Assembly (NCBI GenBank): GCA_013334575.1
Contig: JAAXXG010000004.1
Location: 18,464 to 82,463 of the forward strand
Reading direction: 5' to 3'
Source: Candidatus Moraniibacteriota bacterium
GTDB lineage: Bacteria > Patescibacteriota > Minisyncoccia > Moranbacterales > UBA1568
DNA length: 64,000 nt
The notes under the pieces were generated by a model. That model had not been told where the DNA came from. It ran no database searches and worked only from the letters and a program-made list of their open reading frames with translations. A program made the translations under genes and the position numbers. Below, one piece after another: positions 20,191 through 28,436 of the stretch; the stretch's first letter is position 1; each line of letters begins with the position of its first letter.

Positions 20191-21480
20191 ATGGACGTGA
20201 ACGTGAAGAAACTGCCGAAATCGACCGTCGAACTGGCCGTCTCGATCCCGTGGGACGAATGGAAAGGGGAGATCGACCATGCGGCGGCCCATCTTTCGGA
20301 GCAGGTGAAGGTCGAGGGATTCCGCAAGGGGAAGGTCCCGCGCGAGGTGCTGGAGAAGAAGCTCGGAATGTCGACTGTCCTTCTGGAAGGGGCCGAGCAT
20401 GCGATCGACCACCTGTTTCCGCAGGTGCTCCGCGAAGCCGGAGTCGACGGTATCGGCCGCCCGGAAATCAGGCTCGACGACGTGAAGGAGGAAGGCGCGC
20501 TCGAGTTCACCGTGACGGTGGCCGTCATGCCGAAAGCCGGATTGAAAGGATGGTCGAAGGCGGTATCGGCCGTGAACGCCGGGCATGCCAAGGAAGAGGT
20601 CGCGGTTCCGGATGAGGAGGTGGAAAGGGAGCTTGACCGTCTCGCGAAGAGCCGGGCGAAGCTCGTTACCGTCGACCGCGTCGCACGGGAAGGTGACGCG
20701 GTGGAAGTCGACTTCGACGTGACCCGCGGCGGCGTCGCCATCGAGGGAGGCGCCGGCAGAAAGCACCCGATCGTTCTCGGATCGGGTACGTTCATTCCCG
20801 GTTTCGAGGAGCGCGTGATCGGAATGGAACCCGGGACGGAGCAGGCGTTCACGCTGACATTCCCGTCGGAATATCACGAGAAGACGCTGGCCGGGAAGCC
20901 GGCCGAGTTCCGCGTGAAGCTTCTCCTCGTACAGGAGCGGGAGATTCCGGAACTGACCGACGATTTCGCGAAGTCCCTCGGGAGATTCGAGGATCTCGCC
21001 GCGCTTCGGAAGAGCATTTCCGAGGGGATGCTCGCGGAGCGTCGCGAGCAGGCAGCGGAGAAGCGTCGGACCGATATCCTCGAGGCGCTCGTCGGTGAAG
21101 TCGAAGCGGAGCTGCCGGACGTGCTGGTCGAGAACGAGCTCCGTCGGATGATCGGCGAGTTCTCACATCAGGCGTCTATGACCGGACTCTCGCTTTCCGA
21201 CTATCTCGATCGGATCGGGAAGAGCGAGAACGACCTTGCAGCCGAATGGAAACCTCAGGCCGAAAAGCGCGTGCTTTCGCAGCTCGCGCTCGAAGCGATC
21301 GCCGCGGAACGCGAGATCGAGGTCGCGTCCGAGGAGATCGAATCCGAGATGAACAAGGTTCTTGCGTACGTAAAGAGCGTCCGTCAGGCGGAGAAGGATC
21401 TCGATCTTCCGGCGATCTACGCCTCGATCCGTGAGCGTCTCCGGAACGAGAAGGTTTTTGCGCTGCTCGAATCGCTCTGA
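20191..21480 (+). CDS. tig: Trigger factor
   Basis: Ribosome-binding motif GFRKGKVP; FKBP domain (GSGTFIPGFEE); next to clpP. Confidence 0.96.
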   Translation: MDVNVKKLPKSTVELAVSIPWDEWKGEIDHAAAHLSEQVKVEGFRKGKVPREVLEKKLGMSTVLLEGAEHAIDHLFPQVLREAGVDGIGRPEIRLDDVKEEGALEFTVTVAVMPKAGLKGWSKAVSAVNAGHAKEEVAVPDEEVERELDRLAKSRAKLVTVDRVAREGDAVEVDFDVTRGGVAIEGGAGRKHPIVLGSGTFIPGFEERVIGMEPGTEQAFTLTFPSEYHEKTLAGKPAEFRVKLLLVQEREIPELTDDFAKSLGRFEDLAALRKSISEGMLAERREQAAEKRRTDILEALVGEVEAELPDVLVENELRRMIGEFSHQASMTGLSLSDYLDRIGKSENDLAAEWKPQAEKRVLSQLALEAIAAEREIEVASEEIESEMNKVLAYVKSVRQAEKDLDLPAIYASIRERLRNEKVFALLESL

Positions 21481-21551
21481 ACCGGGGATGAAAACCGGCG
21501 GGCCGGAGGTCCGTTGTAGGTTTCGGTACCTCCTCCTAACGTTTCCGACCT

Positions 21552-22136
21552 ATGAAGAACCAGCACCTGGTGCCCATGGTCGTCGAGAAGACGAGTCTCG
21601 GCGAGCGGGCCTATGACATCTATTCGCGCCTCCTGCAGGACCGCATCGTGTTTCTCGGTTCGGCAATCGATGATCCGGTGGCCAATACCGTGATCGCGGA
21701 ACTCCTGTTTCTTGATTCGCAGAATTCAAAGGAGGATATCCGGCTTTATGTCAATTCGCCCGGCGGATCGGTCACGGCCGCGCTTGCGATCTACGATACG
21801 ATGCAGCACGTAAAGGCGCCGGTCTCGACGATCTGCGTCGGTATGGCGGCCTCGGCCGCGGCGCTCCTTCTGGCTTCCGGCGCGAAGGGGAAGCGGCTCG
21901 CGCTTCCGAACAGCGAAGTGATGATCCATCAGGTGCTTGGCGGCGCGGAAGGGCAGGCGACCGAGGTGGAGATTCACGCGAGGCATATCCTCAGGACGCG
22001 GGACCGGCTCAATCGGATCCTCGCGAAGCACACCGGACAGAAGCTCGGGAAGATCGAGAAGGATACCGAACGTGATTACTTCATGACCGCCGACGAGGCG
22101 AAAGCCTATGGTATCGTGGATAAGGTGATTTCCTGA
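21552..22136 (+). CDS. clpP: ATP-dependent Clp protease proteolytic subunit
   Basis: [35 protein letters not shown]. Confidence 0.98.
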   Translation: MKNQHLVPMVVEKTSLGERAYDIYSRLLQDRIVFLGSAIDDPVANTVIAELLFLDSQNSKEDIRLYVNSPGGSVTAALAIYDTMQHVKAPVSTICVGMAASAAALLLASGAKGKRLALPNSEVMIHQVLGGAEGQATEVEIHARHILRTRDRLNRILAKHTGQKLGKIEKDTERDYFMTADEAKAYGIVDKVIS

Positions 22137-22155
22137 TCGCCGGTATCCGTGGAAG

Positions 22156-22187
22156 ATCGAAAAAGCCCCGAAAGGGGCTTTTTCGAT
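22156..22187. terminator. Bidirectional terminator between convergent clpP and gpmI
   Basis: ATCGAAAAAGCCCC-GAAA-GGGGCTTTTTCGAT. Confidence 0.85.
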
Positions 22188-22200
22188 TCCGGCTCCGTCG

Positions 22201-23772
22201 TTATTTCAGGATCGACAGCAGGCTTGAACCGTTCATTTCCGGCGGTTGCGGCAACCCCATGACCTCGAGGATCGTCGGTGCGACATCGGAGAGGAGTCCT
22301 CGGACCTCGTTCTGCTCGCGTACCATCACGGAGGCGTCCTTCTCGCGGTGGTTGTCGGGCGTGATGTACCAGAGGGGGACCGGATTGATCGAATGCTCGG
22401 TGTCCGTCTCGCCGGTCGCCGCCTTCTTGAGTTCTTCGGCGTTCCCGTGGTCGGCGGTGATCATAAGCGCTCCACCGGCTTTCAGGATGGCCGGGATGAC
22501 GAGGGCGAGACATCGGTCGACGGACTGGACCGCCTCGATGGTGGCCTGTTCGTTTCCGGTGTGCGCGACCATGTCCGGGTTCGCGTAGTTGACCAGGATG
22601 AAGTCGTATTTTCCCTCGCTGACCGCGTGGATAAGCGTCTCGGTGATCTCTCCGGAACTCATTTCCGGTACCTCGTCGAATCGTGAGACGATCGGCGAGG
22701 GGATGAGGATCCGATCCTCCTCCGGAAAGGCGCGTTCCTTTCCTCCGTTGAAGAAGTAAGTGACGTGGGCGTACTTTTCGGTCTCGGCGATACGGAGCTG
22801 CTTGCGGCCCGCTTCGGAGATGACTTCCCCGAGGCTGAGCTCGACGGTCTCGGGCGGAAACAGGATTCCCGACACCGGCAGGTCCCGTTCGTATTCGGTC
22901 ATGGTCACGAAATGGATGTCGAGGAACTTCGGACGTTCGAAGTTCTCGAATCCCGGGAGCGTGAAGGCCTTGGTGATCTCGCGCGCCCGGTCCTCGCGGT
23001 AGTTGAAGAAGATGATCGAATCGCCTTCGCGGACGAGCCCGATCGGTTCGTCGTTCTCGCAGACGACGCCGGGTTCTATGAATTCGTCGGTGATTCCCTT
23101 CGCGTAGGACTGTTCGAGATAGAGTGACGGGTCGGTCAGGTGCTCGCCTTTTCCCTCGGTGAGCATCCGGTACGCTTTTTCGATCCGGTCCCAGTTGTTG
23201 TTGCGGTCCATCGCCCAGTTGCGTCCGATGAGCGAGGCGATCCGTCCCGTACCGAGAAGCCGCATTCGTTTTTCGAGTTCCCGTATCTGGACGGTTCCGT
23301 CTGTCGGGGAGGAGTCCCGTCCGTCGGTGAAGATATGGACAAACGTCTCGGAGATGCCTTCGTCGGACGCCGCTTTCAGGATGGCATCGAGATGATCCCT
23401 GTTGGAGTGGACGGAGCCGGAACTTAAGAGTCCCATGACGTGGAGGCGCCCGCCGCGGGATTTGACGTTCTCGATGGCGGCGAGAAGTACCGGGTTGCGC
23501 GAAAAACTCCCGTCCTGGATCGAGAGGGCGATACGCGGAAGGTTCTGGTATATGACGCGCCCGGCTCCGAGAGTCATATGACCGACTTCGCTGTTTCCGA
23601 CCACGTTCCACGGGAGGCCGACCGAGATGCCGGACGCCTGCAGGGTGGTGAGGGGATAGAACCGGTTGAGTTTTTCGAACGTGGGCAGTTTCGCTTCGCG
23701 GATGGGGTTTCCCTGGGTGATATTGCTCACCCCCCAGCCGTCGAGGACCACGAGGACGAACGGTCGGTACAC
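22201..23772 (-). CDS. gpmI: 2,3-bisphosphoglycerate-independent phosphoglycerate mutase
   Basis: LDGWG, GNSEVGH, DGRD, AETEKYAHVTYFFNGG, NPDMVAHTG, TADHGNAE; GTG start at 23772. Confidence 0.97.
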   Translation of the reverse strand: MYRPFVLVVLDGWGVSNITQGNPIREAKLPTFEKLNRFYPLTTLQASGISVGLPWNVVGNSEVGHMTLGAGRVIYQNLPRIALSIQDGSFSRNPVLLAAIENVKSRGGRLHVMGLLSSGSVHSNRDHLDAILKAASDEGISETFVHIFTDGRDSSPTDGTVQIRELEKRMRLLGTGRIASLIGRNWAMDRNNNWDRIEKAYRMLTEGKGEHLTDPSLYLEQSYAKGITDEFIEPGVVCENDEPIGLVREGDSIIFFNYREDRAREITKAFTLPGFENFERPKFLDIHFVTMTEYERDLPVSGILFPPETVELSLGEVISEAGRKQLRIAETEKYAHVTYFFNGGKERAFPEEDRILIPSPIVSRFDEVPEMSSGEITETLIHAVSEGKYDFILVNYANPDMVAHTGNEQATIEAVQSVDRCLALVIPAILKAGGALMITADHGNAEELKKAATGETDTEHSINPVPLWYITPDNHREKDASVMVREQNEVRGLLSDVAPTILEVMGLPQPPEMNGSSLLSILK

Positions 23773-23833
23773 GATCTTTCTGTTATTTTCGGTATAAATC
23801 CGGCTTTTGAAGTATACCACCCGCGATCCCGCT

Positions 23834-23862
23834 TTGACAAAGCGACCCGCCGAGGCTATGAT
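23834..23862 (+). promoter_or_regulatory. sigma70 promoter upstream of rny
   Basis: TTGACA-17-TATGAT. Confidence 0.75.
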
Positions 23863-24055
23863 GAAGCCGCTACTAACCATTGTACCCCTCTCCTTGCGGC
23901 AGCGACGAACGACTATGAAAGGGATCGGATTTTCACCTATTTCTCAGATTTCTCCGAACGGTTCCGGTGGTTGCCGGACGCCTCTTTCTCGCGTCATGTC
24001 CGCGCGGTCCTAGTCCGCGCGGTCTCGGCGCCGTGCCGGGAGAGCGACACTCCCT

Positions 24056-25582
24056 ATGACCGTATCCATGCTTTTGACCGCCGCCGTCGCGTTGGCGGCC
24101 GGTTCCGTCGCGGGCTATCTCGCCCGTCAGTCCATGGCGAAGACCCGGCTTTCGACGGCCGAGGGACAGGCCGAGAAGATGCTGAAGGAGGCCGAAAAGA
24201 AAGCGGCCGATATCACGCTGGACGCCAAGAACAAGGCGGTCGGCATTCTTGACGAGGCGAAGAAGGAAACGCAGACGAAGGAAGAGGATTTCCGCGAACA
24301 GAAGAAGCGCGTCGAGAAGCGCGAGGAACAGCTCGAGAAGCGGCTCGAGGAGGTGGACCGCGAGAAGCAGAAGCTGCTTTCAAAGGCCGACGAGATCCGA
24401 GGCATCCAGGCGGAGACCGAACGGTTGAGAGGCGAGGAGATCGAGCGGCTCGAGCGGATCGCGAAGCTGTCCAGGGAAGAGGCGGAAAAGGAGATCTTCC
24501 GCGCCGTCGAGGAGGAGAGTCGCGATGTCATCGCGTCCCGTATCGCCAAGCTCGAACGGGAGGGGGAGGATCAGGTCGAAGAGCGGGCGCTCAACCTGAT
24601 GGCAGCCGTCATCCAGAAGTACTCTCGTTCGCACGTATCCGAGTTCACGACGACGACCGTCGCTATCCCGTCCGACGACATCAAGGGGAAGATCATCGGA
24701 AAGGAGGGGCGGAATATCCGCGCCCTCGAGAAGGAGACCGGTGTCGAGCTTATCGTCGATGATACGCCGGAATCCGTCGTCATCTCCGGTTTCGATCCGG
24801 TCCGGCGCGAGGTCGCCCGGGTGGCGCTTGAGAAGCTGATCTCAGACGGGCGCATCCACCCGGCCCGTATAGAGGAGGCCGTCGAGGAGGCTCGAAAGGA
24901 CATCGATCAGAAGATCAAGGAGGCCGGTGAGGCCGCCGCGTTCGAGGCGGGCGTCGCCGGACTTCATCCGAAACTCCTGTATATCCTCGGCCGGCTCCGG
25001 TTCCGGTACAGCTATAAGCAGAACGTCCTCCTGCATTCGCTCGAGGTGTCGTATATCGCCGGGGCACTTGCCTCCGAGCTCGGGGCAAACGTCGCCGTCG
25101 CCAAGAAGGCCGGTCTTCTGCATGACATCGGCAAGGCGGTCGACCACGAGATCGAAGGGACGCATGTCAACATCGGCATCCGCATCCTCGAGAAATTCAA
25201 CGTTCAGAAGGAGGTCATCGATGCGATGAAGAGCCATCATGACGAGTATCCGCAGACGTCCGTCGAAGCGGCGATCGTGACCGCGGCCGATATCATCTCG
25301 GCCGGCCGTCCGGGAGCGCGAAAGGAGACCGCGGAAAAATACCTGAAACGGCTCGAGGAGCTCGAGGCGCTCGTGAATTCGTTTACGGCCGTCGAGAAGT
25401 CCTACGCCATCCAGGCGGGACGCGAAGTCCGCGTGTTCGTGAATCCCGAGAAGACCGATGACCTCGGCGCGACGAAACTGGCGCGCGAGATCGCGGACCG
25501 GATCCAGAACGAGCTCAAGTATCCCGGAGAGATCCGCGTGGTGGTGATGCGCGAGACGCGCGCGATCGAATTCGCCCGATAG
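24056..25582 (+). CDS. rny: Ribonuclease Y
   Basis: N-terminal TM, coiled coil, KH domain (KGKIIGKEGRNIR), HD domain (LLHDIGKA), YAIQAGREVRV. Confidence 0.98.
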   Translation: MTVSMLLTAAVALAAGSVAGYLARQSMAKTRLSTAEGQAEKMLKEAEKKAADITLDAKNKAVGILDEAKKETQTKEEDFREQKKRVEKREEQLEKRLEEVDREKQKLLSKADEIRGIQAETERLRGEEIERLERIAKLSREEAEKEIFRAVEEESRDVIASRIAKLEREGEDQVEERALNLMAAVIQKYSRSHVSEFTTTTVAIPSDDIKGKIIGKEGRNIRALEKETGVELIVDDTPESVVISGFDPVRREVARVALEKLISDGRIHPARIEEAVEEARKDIDQKIKEAGEAAAFEAGVAGLHPKLLYILGRLRFRYSYKQNVLLHSLEVSYIAGALASELGANVAVAKKAGLLHDIGKAVDHEIEGTHVNIGIRILEKFNVQKEVIDAMKSHHDEYPQTSVEAAIVTAADIISAGRPGARKETAEKYLKRLEELEALVNSFTAVEKSYAIQAGREVRVFVNPEKTDDLGATKLAREIADRIQNELKYPGEIRVVVMRETRAIEFAR

Positions 25583-25708
25583 CGTACGGTTGACAGTCCG
25601 ACGTGATTTGCTTTTTTTCAGCCAAAAGGTAGAATGGGACTCGGAGGTAATCCGTAGCCAGCTCCCGGATTTATCCGGGACGAGATCCTAGGAAGGCAGG
25701 TGAACACT

Positions 25709-25990
25709 ATGGCAAACGTCAACAAGGACGCACTCGTCGCCGCCATCGTCGGGAAGATCGATCTCTCGAAGAAGGACGTCGAGGCGGTCATCGAGACGAT
25801 GGTCGATGAGATCACCAATTCGCTCCGAAAGGGAGACAAGGTGACCATCACCGGTTTCGGGACCTTCCGTGTCTCCAGCCGTGCGGCTCGCGAGGGAATC
25901 AACCCTCAGACCAAGGCGAAGATCATCATTCCGGCCATGACCGTTCCGAAATTCACCGCCGGGAAGACCCTCAAAGAGGCCGTCAAGTAG
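25709..25990 (+). CDS. hup: HU family DNA-binding protein
   Basis: GFGTF..R.AREGINPQT...I.IPA..VPKF.AGK.LKEAV. Confidence 0.96.
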   Translation: MANVNKDALVAAIVGKIDLSKKDVEAVIETMVDEITNSLRKGDKVTITGFGTFRVSSRAAREGINPQTKAKIIIPAMTVPKFTAGKTLKEAVK

Positions 25991-26052
25991 TCGTGTGACG
26001 CGGATCGGTTCCTGCTCGGACCATCCCGTGGAACCCGAACACAAAAGATAGG

Positions 26053-26090
26053 GCAATATCCCGTCCGAAAGGGCGGGATATTGCTTTTTT
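26053..26090 (+). terminator. Intrinsic terminator after hup
   Basis: GCAATATCCCGTCC-GAAA-GGGCGGGATATTGC followed by T6. Confidence 0.85.
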
Positions 26091-26196
26091 CCGGGATGTC
26101 CGTAGACTGGACGAGAAGCGGCTCGATATATCGAAGGATGGATTTTTTCGGAAGCGGCGTCCGGACTTTCGTAGGGAGCCCTTTGTCGAAGTTTAT

Positions 26197-26225
26197 CGGG
26201 ACAGGGTATAGTGGTAGTACGTCTG
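26197..26225 (+). repeat. 5' half shadow copy of tRNA-Pro
   Basis: CGGGACAGGGTATAGTGGTAGTACGTCTG differs at 2 of 29 positions from 26242-26270. Confidence 0.85.
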
Positions 26226-26241
26226 GGGACAATAACGCTGT

Positions 26242-26312
26242 CGGGACATAGTATAGTGGTAGTACGTCTGCTTTGGGAGCAGATAGTCCCGGTCCGATTC
26301 CGGGTGTCCCGA
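26242..26312 (+). tRNA. tRNA-Pro(TGG) with atypical T-loop TCCGATT
   Basis: Acceptor CGGGACA/TGTCCCG; anticodon arm TCTGC-TTTGGGA-GCAGA; T stem CCCGG/CCGGG. Confidence 0.9.
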
Positions 26313-26360
26313 CAGCGGGATTGTCCGACGGTCTCCAGGGTCGTCGTCGCTCCGCAGGAG

Positions 26361-26431
26361 AGATAGTCCCGGTCCGCCCGAGCATTCGCCGGGCGTCCGG
26401 CGTATGCCGGACGATTCCGTGTATCCTGACA
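26361..26431 (+). repeat. 3' half shadow copy of tRNA-Pro with a 37-nt T-loop insertion
   Basis: AGATAGTCCCGGTCCG[26377-26413]ATTCCGTGTATCCTGACA versus the intact AGATAGTCCCGGTCCGATTCCGGGTGTCCCGACA. Confidence 0.85.
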
Positions 26432-26477
26432 AGTGCCCGAATCGATAATGACGGATAAGGGAATAAGAATAAAATCT

Positions 26478-27227
26478 ATGGATTTCCTGCCGATTTCGTT
26501 GTTGAAGGTCGAGACGGTCGCCGACCGCACGAAGGCGTTCTTCTTCACGAAGCCGGATGGATTCTCGTTCCGCGCGGGGCAGTATGTGATGATCCGGATC
26601 CCGTCGGAGCGACTTGTCGAGCCGGATGTCCGTTCCGGAATGCGTCCGATATCGATCGCGTCGGCACCCGGTGATCGCGAACTGACGTTCGTCATGCGGG
26701 CGGGATCGACCGGATTCAAGAAGACGATGTGGAACCTGGTGCCGGGCGAGACGATAGGAGTCGGTGGGCCGCTCGGGAACGCGACCGTTCCGGATGAAGA
26801 GAGCCGTCCGATCGCGATACTGTGCGGTGGCGTAGGAATCGCGCCGGCACGCTCGATGATTCGCGATGCGGTTTCGAAAGGGGATCGGCGGAAGTTCGTG
26901 TTGTTCTCCTCGAATCGGACCCTTCGGGATGTTCCCTGCCACGAAGAGCTGCTCTCGACGGATCTTCCGGGATATTCGTATGTCTGGACGTTGACGAAAG
27001 CCGAGAATGAGCCGTCTCAAAAGGGTGAGGAACGCGGATACATTACGGCGGAGATGATCGAACGACACTTGCCAGAATGGCGGGAAGCACTCTATTATGT
27101 CATCGGTGCGCCGGCATTCGCCGATTCGATGAAGTCCGTTCTGCTCGGGATGGGCGTTGTGCCGGAAAATGTGCATATGGATCCGTTCGCGGGGCTTACC
27201 GGTTCGGGATCGAAGAATGTCGCGTAA
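26478..27227 (+). CDS. FAD/NAD(P)-binding oxidoreductase (ferredoxin-NADP reductase-like)
   Basis: FRAGQY, RPISIASAP, GPLG, GGVGIAPARSMIR. Confidence 0.9.
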   Translation: MDFLPISLLKVETVADRTKAFFFTKPDGFSFRAGQYVMIRIPSERLVEPDVRSGMRPISIASAPGDRELTFVMRAGSTGFKKTMWNLVPGETIGVGGPLGNATVPDEESRPIAILCGGVGIAPARSMIRDAVSKGDRRKFVLFSSNRTLRDVPCHEELLSTDLPGYSYVWTLTKAENEPSQKGEERGYITAEMIERHLPEWREALYYVIGAPAFADSMKSVLLGMGVVPENVHMDPFAGLTGSGSKNVA

Positions 27228-27247
27228 ACCGCCGGGTTTCGCGGGAA

Positions 27248-27319
27248 GCGGGTGTCGTATAGTGGCTATTATATCAGCCTTCCAAGCTGAGGATGTGGGT
27301 TCGATTCCCATCACCCGCT
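27248..27319 (+). tRNA. tRNA-Gly(TCC)
   Basis: GCGGGTG/CACCCGC; TCAGC-CTTCCAA-GCTGA; GGTTCGATTCC. Confidence 0.96.
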
Positions 27320-27591
27320 CAGTGCAGACAAAAGAGGCTCCGTGAAGGAGTCTCTTTTGTCTGTTATGAGGCGATGGGAATCGAACGGGCAGAAGCGAGT
27401 CTCCGAGCGTCGATGAATGCGACCGGATAGGAAGCATTCAGCGCTGCCCCGGGCTACGAGGCACCGTCAGGTGCCGAGGACGAAATTCCCATCACCCGCT
27501 CAGTGCAGACAAAAGAGGCTCCGTGAAGGAGTCTCTTTTGTCTGTTATGAGGCGATGGGAATCGAACGGGCAGAAGCGAGTCTCCGAGCGT
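27304..27591 (+). repeat. 107-bp identical direct repeat (181-bp period) starting inside the tRNA-Gly 3' end
   Basis: 27304-27410 equals 27485-27591; each copy contains a long hairpin and the reverse complement of the T-arm. Confidence 0.92.
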
Positions 27592-27767
27592 AGGCTGCGA
27601 GGAGGCTCGAACATCCGGCTCCGTCTCGGACAACGAGGTGCCGTCAGGGCGGTCGAAGACGACATCTTCGTCATTCTTGGAAGCCGAGTGAATGGGAGTC
27701 TGGAATATGGGGAATACCGAATCTATTCTGTCCGTGATATACTGTCCCCGAAATGAACGTACGACGT

Positions 27768-28322
27768 ATGAACAAGGTTTTTCTCGCATTGGGGGCTGTG
27801 GCGTTCGGATTCGCGGTCTGGCTGCTCGTGGGAGCGCCGGGAGGGAGCAAAATAACGGATTCGCGATCGGAGGGCGACGCCGTCGAGGTGAAAACGGACA
27901 AGAGTGCGGGGTCGGGTCGCGACGCGTCGACTGTGTCGCAAGGGAGTCGGAAGGAACCGGTAAGCAGCGATAAGAACAAGACTATGACGGAAGTCACCGA
28001 ACTGAAGATCGAGAAGCTCGCGGACGGGACGGGAGACCGGATGACGAAGAAGGGAGATACGATCTCCGTCCATTACACTGGGACATTGACGGACGGGACG
28101 AAGTTCGATTCGAGTCTCGACCGTGGGACGCCGTTTTCCTTCACGGTCGGAGGGGGACAGGTCATCGCCGGATGGGACCAGGGACTTCTCGATATGAAGG
28201 TCGGTGAGAAGCGTCGGCTTACGATTCCCGCCTCGCTCGGGTACGGATCACGCGGAGCCGGAGGAGTCATCCCGCCGAATGCGACGCTTATCTTTGAGAC
28301 GGAGCTGGTCTCGATCAAATAG
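27768..28322 (+). CDS. FKBP-type peptidyl-prolyl isomerase with N-terminal anchor
   Basis: [44 protein letters not shown]. Confidence 0.95.
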   Translation: MNKVFLALGAVAFGFAVWLLVGAPGGSKITDSRSEGDAVEVKTDKSAGSGRDASTVSQGSRKEPVSSDKNKTMTEVTELKIEKLADGTGDRMTKKGDTISVHYTGTLTDGTKFDSSLDRGTPFSFTVGGGQVIAGWDQGLLDMKVGEKRRLTIPASLGYGSRGAGGVIPPNATLIFETELVSIK

Positions 28323-28436
28323 CCGGCTCTTCGGTTTTCGGTTTCCGACAGGAGGCGTGCGAACGCCTCCTTCCCGTTTCGCCCGATCCGAATCGACGTA
28401 TGATATACTGAACCGGTAGCGGTCGCCATTCCGGAA

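Noticed and set aside
27304-27591. Possible CRISPR array or prophage attL/attR
   Set aside because: Only two 107-bp copies 74 bp apart, with no cas genes, integrase or cargo; reported as a tRNA-linked repeat instead.
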